This document shows, one piece after another, positions 1-9,405 of a stretch of DNA of 64,000 bases (within the stretch, counting starts at the first letter, position 1; the number at the start of each line of letters is the position of its first letter). The DNA is taken from positions 47,818 through 111,817 of the forward strand of contig JBHPFI010000001.1 in NCBI GenBank assembly GCA_042572045.1, in the 5' to 3' direction. The position numbers were made by a program, and so were the translations under genes. The notes under the pieces are model-generated. The model had not been told where the DNA came from, did not search any database, and saw nothing but the letters and a program-made list of their open reading frames with translations. The stretch comes from Candidatus Omnitrophota bacterium (lineage in GTDB: Bacteria > Omnitrophota > Gorgyraeia > Gorgyraeales > Gorgyraeaceae).

Positions 1-603
1 ACCTATGTATTGCCAGAAGATATTTCCTGTGAAGAGGCCACCATGATCGAGCCTCTGGCTTGCGCCGTAAGGGGGCAAAGGGTAATCGATGTCAATAAAG
101 ATCAGATTATCTTGGTCCTGGGAAGCGGTGTCTCCGGACTGTTAAATATCCGATTGGCTAAGCTAAAAGGCGCAAAGGTGATCGCGACTGATATAAATAA
201 ATATAGAATGAGCAAGGCAAAGGAATTTGGGGCAGACGAAGTGCTGAACGCGAGTCAGGGCATTGATATTAAGGTAGACAAAGTGATAATCTGTACAGGC
301 GCTTTACAGGCTGTTGAACAGGCATTCAAGTGCATAGATAAGAAGGGCGTAATATTGTTCTTCGCAATACCAGATAAAAATATTGAGATCCCAACCGTAG
401 ATTTCTGGAGAAATGAAACAACCGTTACATCATCTTATGGCGCAGGACCTGTGGATTTAGAGCAGGCCTTAACGTTGATTAAGAATAAAAAGATAAACAT
501 CAAAGACATAATAACGCACAAGTTGCCGCTGAAAGAGATCCAAAAAGGTTTTCGTATTGCCTTAGACGCAAAGGAATCTCTCAAGGTCGTGTTGGCACCT
601 TAG
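1..603 (+). CDS. Zn-dependent alcohol/threonine/sorbitol dehydrogenase (MDR family), C-terminal part; 5' end lies outside the window
   Basis: ORF is open from base 1 in frame 1. Contains the Rossmann motif LGSGVSGLLNIRLAKLKGAKVIATD typical of the MDR cofactor-binding domain. The track's TTG 'start' at 10 is internal. Confidence 0.7.
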   Translation, partial: TYVLPEDISCEEATMIEPLACAVRGQRVIDVNKDQIILVLGSGVSGLLNIRLAKLKGAKVIATDINKYRMSKAKEFGADEVLNASQGIDIKVDKVIICTGALQAVEQAFKCIDKKGVILFFAIPDKNIEIPTVDFWRNETTVTSSYGAGPVDLEQALTLIKNKKINIKDIITHKLPLKEIQKGFRIALDAKESLKVVLAP

Positions 604-626
604 CAAATTAAACAAAGGGGGTAGAT

Positions 627-863
627 ATGCCGTATGACAGCAGTCTGGATGAATCTTTGTTTTCAAAGTCGTGGGAGAGCGAGGCAGGGCGATTAACCGT
701 AAGCGTGTATTCTTATAACAAAGGAGCCAAGAAGCTGCAGATCACCAGAGAAAACAGAAACCCTGAGGGAGAGCTCAGGTTTACCAAGCTGGGTAGAATG
801 ACCAAAGAGGAGATACAGTCTCTTCTTCCATTGATTCAGGAAGCGTCGAATTGCATGGATTAG
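627..863 (+). CDS. hypothetical small protein (78 aa)
   Basis: ORF preceded by GGGGGTAG RBS-like sequence. No recognisable motif. Confidence 0.3.
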   Translation: MPYDSSLDESLFSKSWESEAGRLTVSVYSYNKGAKKLQITRENRNPEGELRFTKLGRMTKEEIQSLLPLIQEASNCMD

Positions 864-926
864 CCTTTATGTAAGACTGTAGTTCCGTTTATATAGACAC
901 TAAAGAGATCTATTGAGGGAGGGAGC

Positions 927-1877
927 ATGTTCAGGGAAAAGATCAAGGTGTTGGACTGCACTATTCGTGACGGCGGACTAATAAATAATCATAATTTTGA
1001 TCATAGATTCGTTCGCGAAGTATACAAGGCGATTTCAAAATCAGGCGTAGACTACATGGAGATGGGATACAAGAATTCCAGAAAACTGTTTTCTTCTAAA
1101 GAATACGGGTCATGGAAATTCTGCGATGATGATGATATACGGCGTATAATTGACGGGATAGAGTCAAAGACAAAAATCTCTGTCATGGTTGATGTGGGGC
1201 GCGTTGACCTGGATGATGTAAAACCAGTAAACGAGAGCCCTGTGGACATGATAAGAACCGCCTCATACGTAAAGGATATTGATAAGGCGATATTTATGAC
1301 AAATCACTTTGCTGAAAAAGGCTATGAGACAACCATTAATATCATGGCTATTTCCCGGGACCAGGGACCTGAGCTTGACGAAGCCCTTTATCAGATTGAA
1401 AAAGAGAGCAAGGTCGATGAAGTCTATATCGTGGATAGCTTTGGCTCGCTATACCAGGAAAGCGTTGAGCATCTGATTAAACTGGCCAAGAAGATCCTTA
1501 AGACAAAAGAGGTGGGATTTCACGGCCACAATCATCAGCAGCTCGCATTCGGCAACACCATAGAGGCCATTATTCACGACACAAATTATGTCGACGGCAC
1601 AGTATATGGGATAGGTCGCGCTGCCGGGAATTGCCCCTTGGAGTTATTGATCGGATTTTTAAAGAATCCTAAATTTGACATCCGGCCGGTCCTGGATTTA
1701 ATATCCAAGGAATTTATACCTTTAAGAAACAAGATAGAGTGGGGTTATATTATTCCTTATGCCATAGCAGGTATGATGAACGAGCACCCCAAGGCAGCCA
1801 TGGCCTTGCGTAACAGCAACAAGAAAGAAAATTACAGGGAATTTTACGAGAGCCTTATAAATACAGGATTGGATTAA
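927..1877 (+). CDS. HMGL-like / DRE-TIM metallolyase family aldolase (pyruvate carboxyltransferase domain)
   Basis: N-terminal motif KVLDCTIRDGG resembles the (D)xTLRDG(E/M) motif of the HMG-CoA lyase / 4-hydroxy-2-oxovalerate aldolase / isopropylmalate synthase TIM-barrel family. Length 316 aa. Lies directly upstream of eda. Confidence 0.55.
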   Translation: MFREKIKVLDCTIRDGGLINNHNFDHRFVREVYKAISKSGVDYMEMGYKNSRKLFSSKEYGSWKFCDDDDIRRIIDGIESKTKISVMVDVGRVDLDDVKPVNESPVDMIRTASYVKDIDKAIFMTNHFAEKGYETTINIMAISRDQGPELDEALYQIEKESKVDEVYIVDSFGSLYQESVEHLIKLAKKILKTKEVGFHGHNHQQLAFGNTIEAIIHDTNYVDGTVYGIGRAAGNCPLELLIGFLKNPKFDIRPVLDLISKEFIPLRNKIEWGYIIPYAIAGMMNEHPKAAMALRNSNKKENYREFYESLINTGLD

Positions 1878-1885
1878 GAATCACA

Positions 1886-2509
1886 ATGGACGTAAATCAG
1901 CTCAAACAGCTTCCTCTTATGGGCATAGTGCGGGGGATAGAGCTAGATGTAGTTGAACCGCTTGTCGAAACTGTGATCTCTTCCGGCTTGAAGACCATAG
2001 AGGTCACCATGAACACCCCTAAGGCATCGGAGTTGATTCAACGGATGCTGAAGGTGGCGCAAGGCCGTCTCATAATAGGCGCTGGTACTGTGCTGACAGC
2101 CGATGATTTACAGTCGGCCCTAGATAGCGGCGCGACTTTCATTGTCCTGCCAACATTGGTGCGAGACGTTGTAGAGCGTTGCGTAAAGAATAATATCCCT
2201 GTGTTTCCGGGAGCATTAACCCCCCAGGAAATACACGATGCCTGGCGCGCAGGCGCCACCATGGTGAAGGTATTTCCGGCCAAGTTTTTTGGCCCTAGTT
2301 ATTTTAAGGAAATAAAAGCCCCTTTTCAAAAAATAGAACTCCTTGCCTGCGGTGGAGTTACACCTGGCAATATCCAATCATTTTTCTCTTGCGGCGCATC
2401 TGCGGTCGCCTTTGGCGCAAGCGTGTTTAAAAAAGAGTGGCTTGCAGCAAAAGACTTTTTGCGCATCAGGCAAAGCATAAAAGAGCTTATCGCAGCGATA
2501 GGCCAATGA
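1886..2509 (+). CDS. eda: 2-dehydro-3-deoxyphosphogluconate (KDPG) / 4-hydroxy-2-oxoglutarate aldolase
   Basis: 207 aa. GIVRG...GAGTVL...ACGGV motifs and length are characteristic of Eda-family class I aldolases. Confidence 0.8.
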   Translation: MDVNQLKQLPLMGIVRGIELDVVEPLVETVISSGLKTIEVTMNTPKASELIQRMLKVAQGRLIIGAGTVLTADDLQSALDSGATFIVLPTLVRDVVERCVKNNIPVFPGALTPQEIHDAWRAGATMVKVFPAKFFGPSYFKEIKAPFQKIELLACGGVTPGNIQSFFSCGASAVAFGASVFKKEWLAAKDFLRIRQSIKELIAAIGQ

Positions 2510-2562
2510 ATAATATAGAAATAAAGATAGCCGATTATAGCTTAATACGGAAGATATAAGAA

Positions 2563-2874
2563 ATGGACGAAGCAATATATAAAGAAAATCTCTATAGAAA
2601 ATGGCTGGGAGACGAACGCATATGCAAGAGATGCGGGGCCTGCTGCGGGATAAAGGACAACGATCCTTGTGAGCATTTAAAGAAAGACCCTGACGGGTTA
2701 TATCTGTGCGATATATACGAAAATCGTTTTGGCCTGACAAAAACACTTAGCGGAGAGCCGATATTGTGCGTGCCTATACGCAATATGCTCCACAAGACTT
2801 GGTGGGGACGCAGCCAGTGCGCTTATGTTAAGGCGATCAAGACGCAGGGCATCACCCCTCCCGCGCTAACTTGA
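2563..2874 (+). CDS. hypothetical Cys-rich small protein
   Basis: CKRCGACCGIKDNDPCEH cysteine cluster suggests possible metal binding. No family recognised. Confidence 0.3.
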   Translation: MDEAIYKENLYRKWLGDERICKRCGACCGIKDNDPCEHLKKDPDGLYLCDIYENRFGLTKTLSGEPILCVPIRNMLHKTWWGRSQCAYVKAIKTQGITPPALT

Positions 2875-2903
2875 TAAACCCTCAATGACAAAAGTTGTCC
2901 GTC

Positions 2904-2960
2904 GCAGGCAGATAATCCGCCTCTGGCGGATGGATCAATTTCATGTGTCAAGTTAGCGCG
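2904..2960. repeat. left copy of a ~56-bp inverted repeat (pairs with 3867-3922)
   Basis: gcaggcagataatccgcctctggcggatggatcaatttcatgtgtcaagttagcgcg is near-identical (3-4 mismatches) to the reverse complement of 3867-3922. A further half-site, cccgcgctaacttga at 2858-2872, pairs with the end of this copy. Confidence 0.8.
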
Positions 2961-2993
2961 GGTGTTCTGCTAGGGGAGAGGCAGAAACAACCC

Positions 2994-3410
2994 ATGAAAA
3001 AGATTATTTTCCCGATATTCTTGATCCTCGCCTTGTTTTTATTTCTTTTTTTTAAGAGCAAGGCCTTTTTAGTCTATAAGGTGATAGAGGCAAGAAAGGG
3101 CGTTAGGCATACGTCTATAAGGTACGTGTTGGATTGGGATGTTTTTTTAAATTATGTAAGAGATATTCCCAGAGATATCTTTAAAAAACCCATTTTTAAT
3201 AAAACCGATTCCCCTTATAATCTGGGGTTGAGCGGAAAAGAGATAGAGGGCGTAAAGAAGGTTTTAATGGACATGAAGGCCGCCACAGCAGCGTCCGATG
3301 AAACAGATATAGACGTAAATAAATTAAATCTTCAGGAGAAAATCAGGCATTTTCTGGAGAATTATAAGGGGCCATCTGGTCCTCTTAGTGAAAACTATAA
3401 GGAAGAGTAA
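2994..3410 (+). CDS. hypothetical secreted/membrane-anchored protein
   Basis: Probable true start is MKKIIFPIFLILALFLFLFF (hydrophobic signal/anchor) after a GGGGAGAGG RBS. The track ORF at 2943 starts inside the inverted repeat. Confidence 0.4.
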   Translation: MKKIIFPIFLILALFLFLFFKSKAFLVYKVIEARKGVRHTSIRYVLDWDVFLNYVRDIPRDIFKKPIFNKTDSPYNLGLSGKEIEGVKKVLMDMKAATAASDETDIDVNKLNLQEKIRHFLENYKGPSGPLSENYKEE

Positions 3411-3851
3411 ATGAAGCAGAGAAACGAGCTGATTTTATTATTGGCAATGAGCCTATTCTTTTATAGTCCTCTTTCGGCTGAGGCCGGCATAGGACAGAAG
3501 GTAACCGGCACAATGATTAAGGGTGTGGTCAAAATAGCTGTAGCGACAACAAATATTAAAAGGGCGAAGAAAAAGATTGTCAATAAATTGGACGGAATAA
3601 GCGAGGAAGATTTTAGAGAGAGATACTCTGGGTTTTATGAGTTAATAAAGGACTTGCCTCCGGACCTGAAGAGCGCTTATAAAATTACACCGCATATGAG
3701 CAAAGAACAGATGGTCAGGAATGTAGAATCAGTGGATAAGAAAAAGATATACAGAATAATAGGCCGGATTCCGGACAAGACCATTGCAATGCTTTTCAAA
3801 GAATACCTTAGAGGCGCAGGGTTTAAAGAGACAAAGTCTGAGAAGGATTGA
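3411..3851 (+). CDS. hypothetical secreted protein
   Basis: N-terminal signal peptide MKQRNELILLLAMSLFFYSPLSAEA. Start overlaps the stop of the upstream ORF (TAAATG). Confidence 0.4.
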   Translation: MKQRNELILLLAMSLFFYSPLSAEAGIGQKVTGTMIKGVVKIAVATTNIKRAKKKIVNKLDGISEEDFRERYSGFYELIKDLPPDLKSAYKITPHMSKEQMVRNVESVDKKKIYRIIGRIPDKTIAMLFKEYLRGAGFKETKSEKD

Positions 3852-3866
3852 TTTGGCCTTATACCT

Positions 3867-3922
3867 CGCGCTAACTTGACACATGAAATTGATCCATCCG
3901 CCACGGCGGATTATTCGCCTGC
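3867..3922. repeat. right copy of a ~56-bp inverted repeat (pairs with 2904-2960)
   Basis: cgcgctaacttgacacatgaaattgatccatccgccacggcggattattcgcctgc. An additional half-site, tgtcaagttag, at 3943-3953 mirrors the left-side arrangement. Confidence 0.8.
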
Positions 3923-3976
3923 TGCGCATAACTTTAGTCGTTGACTGATTTGTCAAGTTAGGGGATAATAGATGTA

Positions 3977-4486
3977 ATGAAAAGCGCAAAAATAATAATC
4001 ACATTATTAATAGTTGTTGTATTGGCTTCAATTGCCGCTGGTTATGCCGCAGGGTTTTTTGTTTACAGGCAATATAAAGAGAAGGCAGTATATTTTGATA
4101 AACAGGTACAGCTTACCATGGATAAGTTTGGAGGCATAGAAAGTAATCTAGACGAGCTTTATTCTGCCCTGGATAAAGGCAAGATGGAGAGAGAAAATGC
4201 CTTATCTAAGATAGAGAAGATAAAAGAAGATCTTCAGGGATGGAAAAAAGGGTACGGCGCCACTTTATCAGGGCTTAGAAACGCGATAGATGACTTAAAG
4301 GTCGATAGGCTCAGGATGGCAGTCGAGGGGCTAAAGGGAGACATCAATGATTTTAAAATGACTATGCAAGATTTTGATTTGAAACTCGACGAATACAGAG
4401 GAAAGACGGTGAACCTAAGGGCCGACGGAGAGAATGTTAAAAGTGTAGATCTCGGTAAGATTTCTGTGCGCAAAAGGGGAAAGTGA
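3977..4486 (+). CDS. membrane-anchored coiled-coil protein, hypothetical
   Basis: N-terminal TM helix IIITLLIVVVLASIAAGYAAGFFVY followed by a charged helical region. Confidence 0.4.
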   Translation: MKSAKIIITLLIVVVLASIAAGYAAGFFVYRQYKEKAVYFDKQVQLTMDKFGGIESNLDELYSALDKGKMERENALSKIEKIKEDLQGWKKGYGATLSGLRNAIDDLKVDRLRMAVEGLKGDINDFKMTMQDFDLKLDEYRGKTVNLRADGENVKSVDLGKISVRKRGK

Positions 4487-4600
4487 AAATAAACCCCTCC
4501 CCCTCCAGTTCGCGCGTAAACATATAGAGACGCGTTGGAGTATCTGGTGCCGAGTCGGATGAGAACATTAAACGAATTGAGATAGGCTTCTAAAAAACAA

Positions 4601-4636
4601 GACCTTCACCTTGTAGTTCTGGTGAGGGTTTTTATT
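4601..4636 (+). terminator. rho-independent terminator-like hairpin
   Basis: gaccttcacc...ggtgagg stem followed by tttttattt. A similar element occurs at ~58600-58640. Confidence 0.45.
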
Positions 4637-4705
4637 TGAATGTAATCAGGCCTAAGCTAATTAGGAAAAGATGGTGGATTAGCTAAAATAGTAGAGGAGG
4701 GGTGT

Positions 4706-5071
4706 ATGCTTGCGGTGGTTAAGTTTATAGGTATATTTATGACAAGCATGGGCATTGTCTACGCATTAAGTCCAGAGACAACGAAGCGGTTTATAGCATT
4801 TTGGAAGCAAGGGAAAAGGCTCTATATCGGAGCCATTTTAAACATTTTATTCGGCGTTATCTTTTTGTTAGCTGCTTCAAGGTGCAGGGTGGTAGGGGTC
4901 GTGCTTACCATGGGGGTTTTATCTCTTGCAAAAGGCGTTGTTATCTTAATGTTTGGATTAGAAAAGATGAAAACCAGGCTTAACTGGTGGGACAAGAGAT
5001 CCTCTTTGGTTCTGCGCCTCGTAGGCCTTCTGACTATAACTATCGGAACCTTGCTTATTTATTCTGCATAA
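4706..5071 (+). CDS. small integral membrane protein, hypothetical
   Basis: AGGAGGGG RBS 6 nt upstream. Three to four predicted TM helices. Confidence 0.4.
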   Translation: MLAVVKFIGIFMTSMGIVYALSPETTKRFIAFWKQGKRLYIGAILNILFGVIFLLAASRCRVVGVVLTMGVLSLAKGVVILMFGLEKMKTRLNWWDKRSSLVLRLVGLLTITIGTLLIYSA

Positions 5072-5123
5072 GTACAAAAAACAGCAACGGCGTATATCCT
5101 CACAGGCTCCCCCTGCGATACCT

Positions 5124-5897
5124 ATGAAGCATATAGACATTGCCATAAAGGCAGCAAAAGAAGCTGGGAAAATCCACAGAAAATATTTTGGTAAAAAAAG
5201 AGGCGCAGTGACAAAATCCTCATCCTACGACCTCGTGACTAATACAGATATCGAGGCAGAGAGAAAAATTGTATCCTTAATAAAAAGACATTTTCCTGAG
5301 CATAATTTTCTGGCTGAAGAACAAAAATACAGCAAAAAGGATTCTGAGTTTACATGGGTTATAGACCCCTTGGACGGCACAAATAACTTTTTCTGCGGCA
5401 TCCCTGTATTCTGCGTATCAATCGCCCTGATAAAAAGGCAAGAAATAATAGCAGGGGTTGTGTATGATGCGGTAAGGAGAGAGATCTTTCAGGCAGAAAA
5501 GGGAAAAGGCGCTTTTTTAAACAAAAAACCCATAAAGGTAAACTCTGTGGGAGGTTTTAAAAGAGCACTCCTTATAACCGGATTTTATTACGACCGGGGA
5601 GATGTAATGGTTGATGCGCTTGATAAGATAAAGAAATTTTTATTTAGACACATTTTGGGGATTCGAAGATTCGGAGCGGCAGCGCTTGATTTATGCTATA
5701 TTGCTTCTGGTCGCGCAGCAGGCTTCTGGGAATTCGAGCTAAGCCCGTGGGATTTTGCTGCGGGCAAGCTGATCATCGAAGAGGCTGGAGGGAAAGTAAC
5801 AGATAAAAACGGCAAAAAAGTTAACCCCTTCAATAAAGCCTACATTGTCGCCTCCAATGGAGCGATCCACAAAAAGATGCTGGATATATTGAAATGA
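5124..5897 (+). CDS. suhB: inositol monophosphatase family protein
   Basis: WVIDPLDGTNNF metal-binding signature of the IMPase/SuhB family. 257 aa. Confidence 0.8.
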   Translation: MKHIDIAIKAAKEAGKIHRKYFGKKRGAVTKSSSYDLVTNTDIEAERKIVSLIKRHFPEHNFLAEEQKYSKKDSEFTWVIDPLDGTNNFFCGIPVFCVSIALIKRQEIIAGVVYDAVRREIFQAEKGKGAFLNKKPIKVNSVGGFKRALLITGFYYDRGDVMVDALDKIKKFLFRHILGIRRFGAAALDLCYIASGRAAGFWEFELSPWDFAAGKLIIEEAGGKVTDKNGKKVNPFNKAYIVASNGAIHKKMLDILK

Positions 5898-6439
5898 AAA
5901 ACCTTGCTTCTAAACAACCAGCCTCTGGCAAGAGAACAGGAGATCTTAAGATGCTGATACCTACAATAATCATGGGGCTCATGGCAGGGATTATGCTTTT
6001 AATAGGTTACCACAAAGGACAGCATATAACCGGTATTAAAGAGGCTATAAGCATGACCGCGCAGATACTGCCTTTACTTATTTTTGCGCTTATAGTAGCC
6101 GGCATGGTACGCGTGCTTGTGTCGTACGAGATAATATCCAAATGGATAGGGGAAGAGTCCGGCATAAGAGGGATATTAATCGGCACAGTGGCAGGCGCTT
6201 TTACCCCAGGCGGGCCTTATGTAAGCATGCCTATTGCCGCAGGGCTATTAAGGTCTGGGGCAGGCATGGGAACAATGGTGGCGTATATAACAGGCTGGTC
6301 ATTGTGGGCAGTGTGCAGGTTGCCCATGGAAGTAGGCATGCTTGGTTGGAGATTCACTTTTATTCGGCTTATAAGCGTATTGGTTTTACCTCCTATAGCA
6401 GGGATTTTGGCGCAGTTTTTTAATAGACTGATGCGGTAG
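5894..6439 (+). CDS. integral membrane protein (permease-like), hypothetical
   Basis: Start overlaps the suhB stop (ATGA). Multiple hydrophobic helices. Confidence 0.4.
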   Translation: MKNLASKQPASGKRTGDLKMLIPTIIMGLMAGIMLLIGYHKGQHITGIKEAISMTAQILPLLIFALIVAGMVRVLVSYEIISKWIGEESGIRGILIGTVAGAFTPGGPYVSMPIAAGLLRSGAGMGTMVAYITGWSLWAVCRLPMEVGMLGWRFTFIRLISVLVLPPIAGILAQFFNRLMR

Positions 6440-6454
6440 AGGGCGCATAGTAGA

Positions 6455-8029
6455 ATGAAAATATCCAAAGACTATTTTGGTTATCTGGCGAAAAATTATC
6501 CTGTAATGTGCCTTAGCGATGAATTTTACTTTTTCCCCAGGGCTAAAGAGGCTGCCAGATTTTTGAATCATTTAGATAGCTTGGATGAAGAAAAGATAAA
6601 ACAAGATGTCGCATACGTAAAAAAACTTAAAAGTTCATTAGAAAAGCTTGATTCCGAGGATATGGGCCTTGAGGCCCAGATAGACCTGAGGCTTTTAAGT
6701 CAGAGTATGGATACTTTTTTAAGAGAGTTTGGCCAGATTAAAATCTGGCAAGTGGACCCCAGTCTTTATTTAAAAATAGCCCTATTGGGAATAGATCAGC
6801 TCCTAAAGAAGTCCTTTTCGCTTAGGGCTGATATTGATGATTGCCTTCGAGACAGGATTTCCCAAACCCCGCGCTTGCTAAATGAGGCAAAGAACAATCT
6901 AAAAAAGATTCCGCGCGCATATCTAGACGTTTCCATAGAGGTGGTCGAAGCATCTATCAATTATTTTAAGGCCACAGCGTTCTCCCCTAAAGTACATAGC
7001 TTAGTTAAAATGACACTGAAATCCCTGGAGGATTTTAAAAGATTCCTAAAAAAAAGGCCTTCAAGCGCGGTTTTTATGCGAGACAGAAGGATTATTGAAA
7101 GCATATTGAAGGATTCTTTTTCATACAATAGAACGCTTGAGGAAATATTTGAAATCGCCTCTCTGGAATATGCCAGGACCTTAAAGGAGCTCGAGAGAAT
7201 CGCCAAAAAGGTCGACTCGAAAAAGAGCTGGCAGGAGATCTTGTCCAGTTATAAAATGGACATAAAGAAACCAGACGAATTTTTAAGGCTTTATTCGTGC
7301 GAGATAAGAAGATTGAAGGATTTTTTTACTAAAAATGATGTGTTTAATATCAAAAAGACACAGGATATAAAGGTCAGGTTTACGCCTCAATTTATGGAAC
7401 CGATCCGCGCCTCTGCCTCTTACAATTCTCCAGTAACAAATGATATGAAAGAGCCGGCGTATTTTTACATATCAGGCGATGTCAGAGAAAATAGAGATTT
7501 GCATAATGAATATATCTTTGTAAGCGCCCATGAGACCTATCCTGGCCATCACTTGCTGGATTCAATAAGGAGAAAAATGACTAACCCCATAAGACAGCAG
7601 ATCGAATCGCCTTTATTTTATGAAGGTTGGGCTTCTTATGCAGAGAGCCTTATAAGCCATCTGGGATATATAAAGGATCCTTTACACAAGATGTTAGGCC
7701 TCAAGCGCCAGGCCTGGCGGACAGTCCGGGCAATGTTAGATGTTGGCATAAGGATCAATAGCTTGAAATTTGAAGACGCTGAAAATCTTCTTAAAGGTCT
7801 AGGCTATGCGCCGAAGATAGCAAGGTTCATGTTCAGGCACTACGCGCTTTCGCCCGGATATCAATTATGTTATACTATTGGTAAATTTGAGATTGACAAA
7901 TTGAAAGAGAAGTTTTCGTCGAGATTAGGACTGAGAGGATTTCACGACTTTCTTTTGCAGGGCGGCCAAATACCTTTTGACCTGATCGAGCAGAGAATGG
8001 AGAAAGAGTTATGCAAGGATCATTCTTAG
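6455..8029 (+). CDS. DUF885-like protein (possible metallopeptidase-like)
   Basis: 524 aa. The AHETYPGHHLLDS motif resembles the HExxPGHH motif I recall from DUF885 proteins. Assignment is from memory and not verified. Confidence 0.35.
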   Translation: MKISKDYFGYLAKNYPVMCLSDEFYFFPRAKEAARFLNHLDSLDEEKIKQDVAYVKKLKSSLEKLDSEDMGLEAQIDLRLLSQSMDTFLREFGQIKIWQVDPSLYLKIALLGIDQLLKKSFSLRADIDDCLRDRISQTPRLLNEAKNNLKKIPRAYLDVSIEVVEASINYFKATAFSPKVHSLVKMTLKSLEDFKRFLKKRPSSAVFMRDRRIIESILKDSFSYNRTLEEIFEIASLEYARTLKELERIAKKVDSKKSWQEILSSYKMDIKKPDEFLRLYSCEIRRLKDFFTKNDVFNIKKTQDIKVRFTPQFMEPIRASASYNSPVTNDMKEPAYFYISGDVRENRDLHNEYIFVSAHETYPGHHLLDSIRRKMTNPIRQQIESPLFYEGWASYAESLISHLGYIKDPLHKMLGLKRQAWRTVRAMLDVGIRINSLKFEDAENLLKGLGYAPKIARFMFRHYALSPGYQLCYTIGKFEIDKLKEKFSSRLGLRGFHDFLLQGGQIPFDLIEQRMEKELCKDHS

Positions 8030-9393
8030 GATATCACTCCGAGTGGAACATGGGTAGCCCCGGCGGATGGGATTATCAAAAAATGGCTCAGGAAATAGGA
8101 AGCTTAGCGTGGGATGCAATAAAAAAGGCTAGCAAGATAGACGTGGAGTTGGATTTTGACGAGCCTATCCTGAACCCCGTCCCTAATTTCGCCGACCTTC
8201 TTTTAAGAGCGCACGAGAGGAATTTTCCTGGAGAGGAGCCATTTATAGCGTTAATTGCCGAAGAAGATACCCTTGATAAAGTAGGCGAAAACATCAGGAT
8301 TGTCAAATACCTGAACAGTGTTTTAGATGTCAAGGCGGCCTTGATAGATCCCGCCAGACTTGAATTAAAAAATGGAAACATCTACGCGCAGGACAAAAAG
8401 GTCACGGCCATTTTTTTGGATTTCAACAATAATGTGATTTTAAAAACAAAGAAAACCCATAATCTCGACGCGCTTTTAAGCGCCATAAAACAAGGTCTCG
8501 TCACAAATCCCAGGGGCATGGAACCTATAGGCGCAAAAGGGGTCTTTGAAGCTGTGACTTCAGGGTACAAGGATAGATTGTCAGATACTACCGTAAAAAG
8601 AACCCCGTGGACCAGACAATTTTATCCGCGCGCTACTATAGGGCCTAACGGAGAGAACGTACCGGATTTAATAAAATGGGTCGAGAGAAACTGGAATAAT
8701 ATTATATTAAAACCGATCCATGGCTATTCCGGAAAGGGTATTATAATCGGCCATAAAGACCCTGACAGGGAAGGCGGTATAAAAAAGGCCCTGGATTCGG
8801 GTGACTATATTGTGCAGCCGCTTATACCGTTAGATATATGGACCGAAGAGTTTCCATGGATCAACAAGGAGAAGAAGAGTCTATTCATAAAAAAATGGCA
8901 GACTGATTTTCGTTGCTTTGTAACCGATGCGGGTCTTATTGGTTTTGTGACCAGGTTTGGCGGTATACCGACCAATGTAGGTTCGGGAGGAGGGGTCCAG
9001 AGCACCGCGATTTTACGTTCCGATATCTCGGTCAAGGACGCAATTAAAACAGTCAATAACGCGATCCTGAGCCTGGGCTTTGATTTTATTTGGGGGCTGC
9101 AACAAGACCTTGATAAAAAATCCATAGAGATGGGCAATGTCTATTTATTGGGCCCTCTCATGAACACTTTAAGGCCAAGGATTATTACTGAGGCGCATGT
9201 CGAGCAATTAAAAGAGTATGCTCAGAATCTGTGGCAGGATGCATTAGTGTTAGAGAGTTTGTGGTTAGAAGGACATCTTACCAAGTTTGTTCAGATAAGC
9301 TCGGAAGAAGAAGAGATCGCTCAGCTGGCGCCATGGCAGGGCAGGCCTGCTTTGATTGCCGCTGATGGCCTTTTTGGCTTTCAAGGTGCTTAA
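8011..9393 (+). CDS. hypothetical protein, C-terminal ATP-grasp-like region
   Basis: The ILKPIHGYSGKGIIIGHKD segment resembles ATP-grasp / glutathionylspermidine-synthase-type nucleotide-binding strands. Weak. Confidence 0.3.
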   Translation: MQGSFLGYHSEWNMGSPGGWDYQKMAQEIGSLAWDAIKKASKIDVELDFDEPILNPVPNFADLLLRAHERNFPGEEPFIALIAEEDTLDKVGENIRIVKYLNSVLDVKAALIDPARLELKNGNIYAQDKKVTAIFLDFNNNVILKTKKTHNLDALLSAIKQGLVTNPRGMEPIGAKGVFEAVTSGYKDRLSDTTVKRTPWTRQFYPRATIGPNGENVPDLIKWVERNWNNIILKPIHGYSGKGIIIGHKDPDREGGIKKALDSGDYIVQPLIPLDIWTEEFPWINKEKKSLFIKKWQTDFRCFVTDAGLIGFVTRFGGIPTNVGSGGGVQSTAILRSDISVKDAIKTVNNAILSLGFDFIWGLQQDLDKKSIEMGNVYLLGPLMNTLRPRIITEAHVEQLKEYAQNLWQDALVLESLWLEGHLTKFVQISSEEEEIAQLAPWQGRPALIAADGLFGFQGA

Positions 9394-9405
9394 GGGTAAA
9401 TAGAA

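Noticed and set aside
1052-1249. Minus-strand 65-aa ORF inside the aldolase gene and similar ones (2038-2283, 2378-2746, 2592-2795, 3677-3989, 4234-4473)
   Set aside because: Overlap better-supported + strand genes. No RBS. Compositionally atypical.
4495-4600. Possible small RNA between the 3977 gene stop and the terminator at 4601-4636
   Set aside because: Only a short 5-bp hairpin (cgcgt/acgcg). More likely the 3' UTR of the upstream gene.
6142-6571. Alternative-frame ORFs overlapping the 5894-6439 membrane protein gene and the start of the DUF885 gene
   Set aside because: Arg/His-rich translations typical of off-frame reading of a hydrophobic-protein gene. Not credible.
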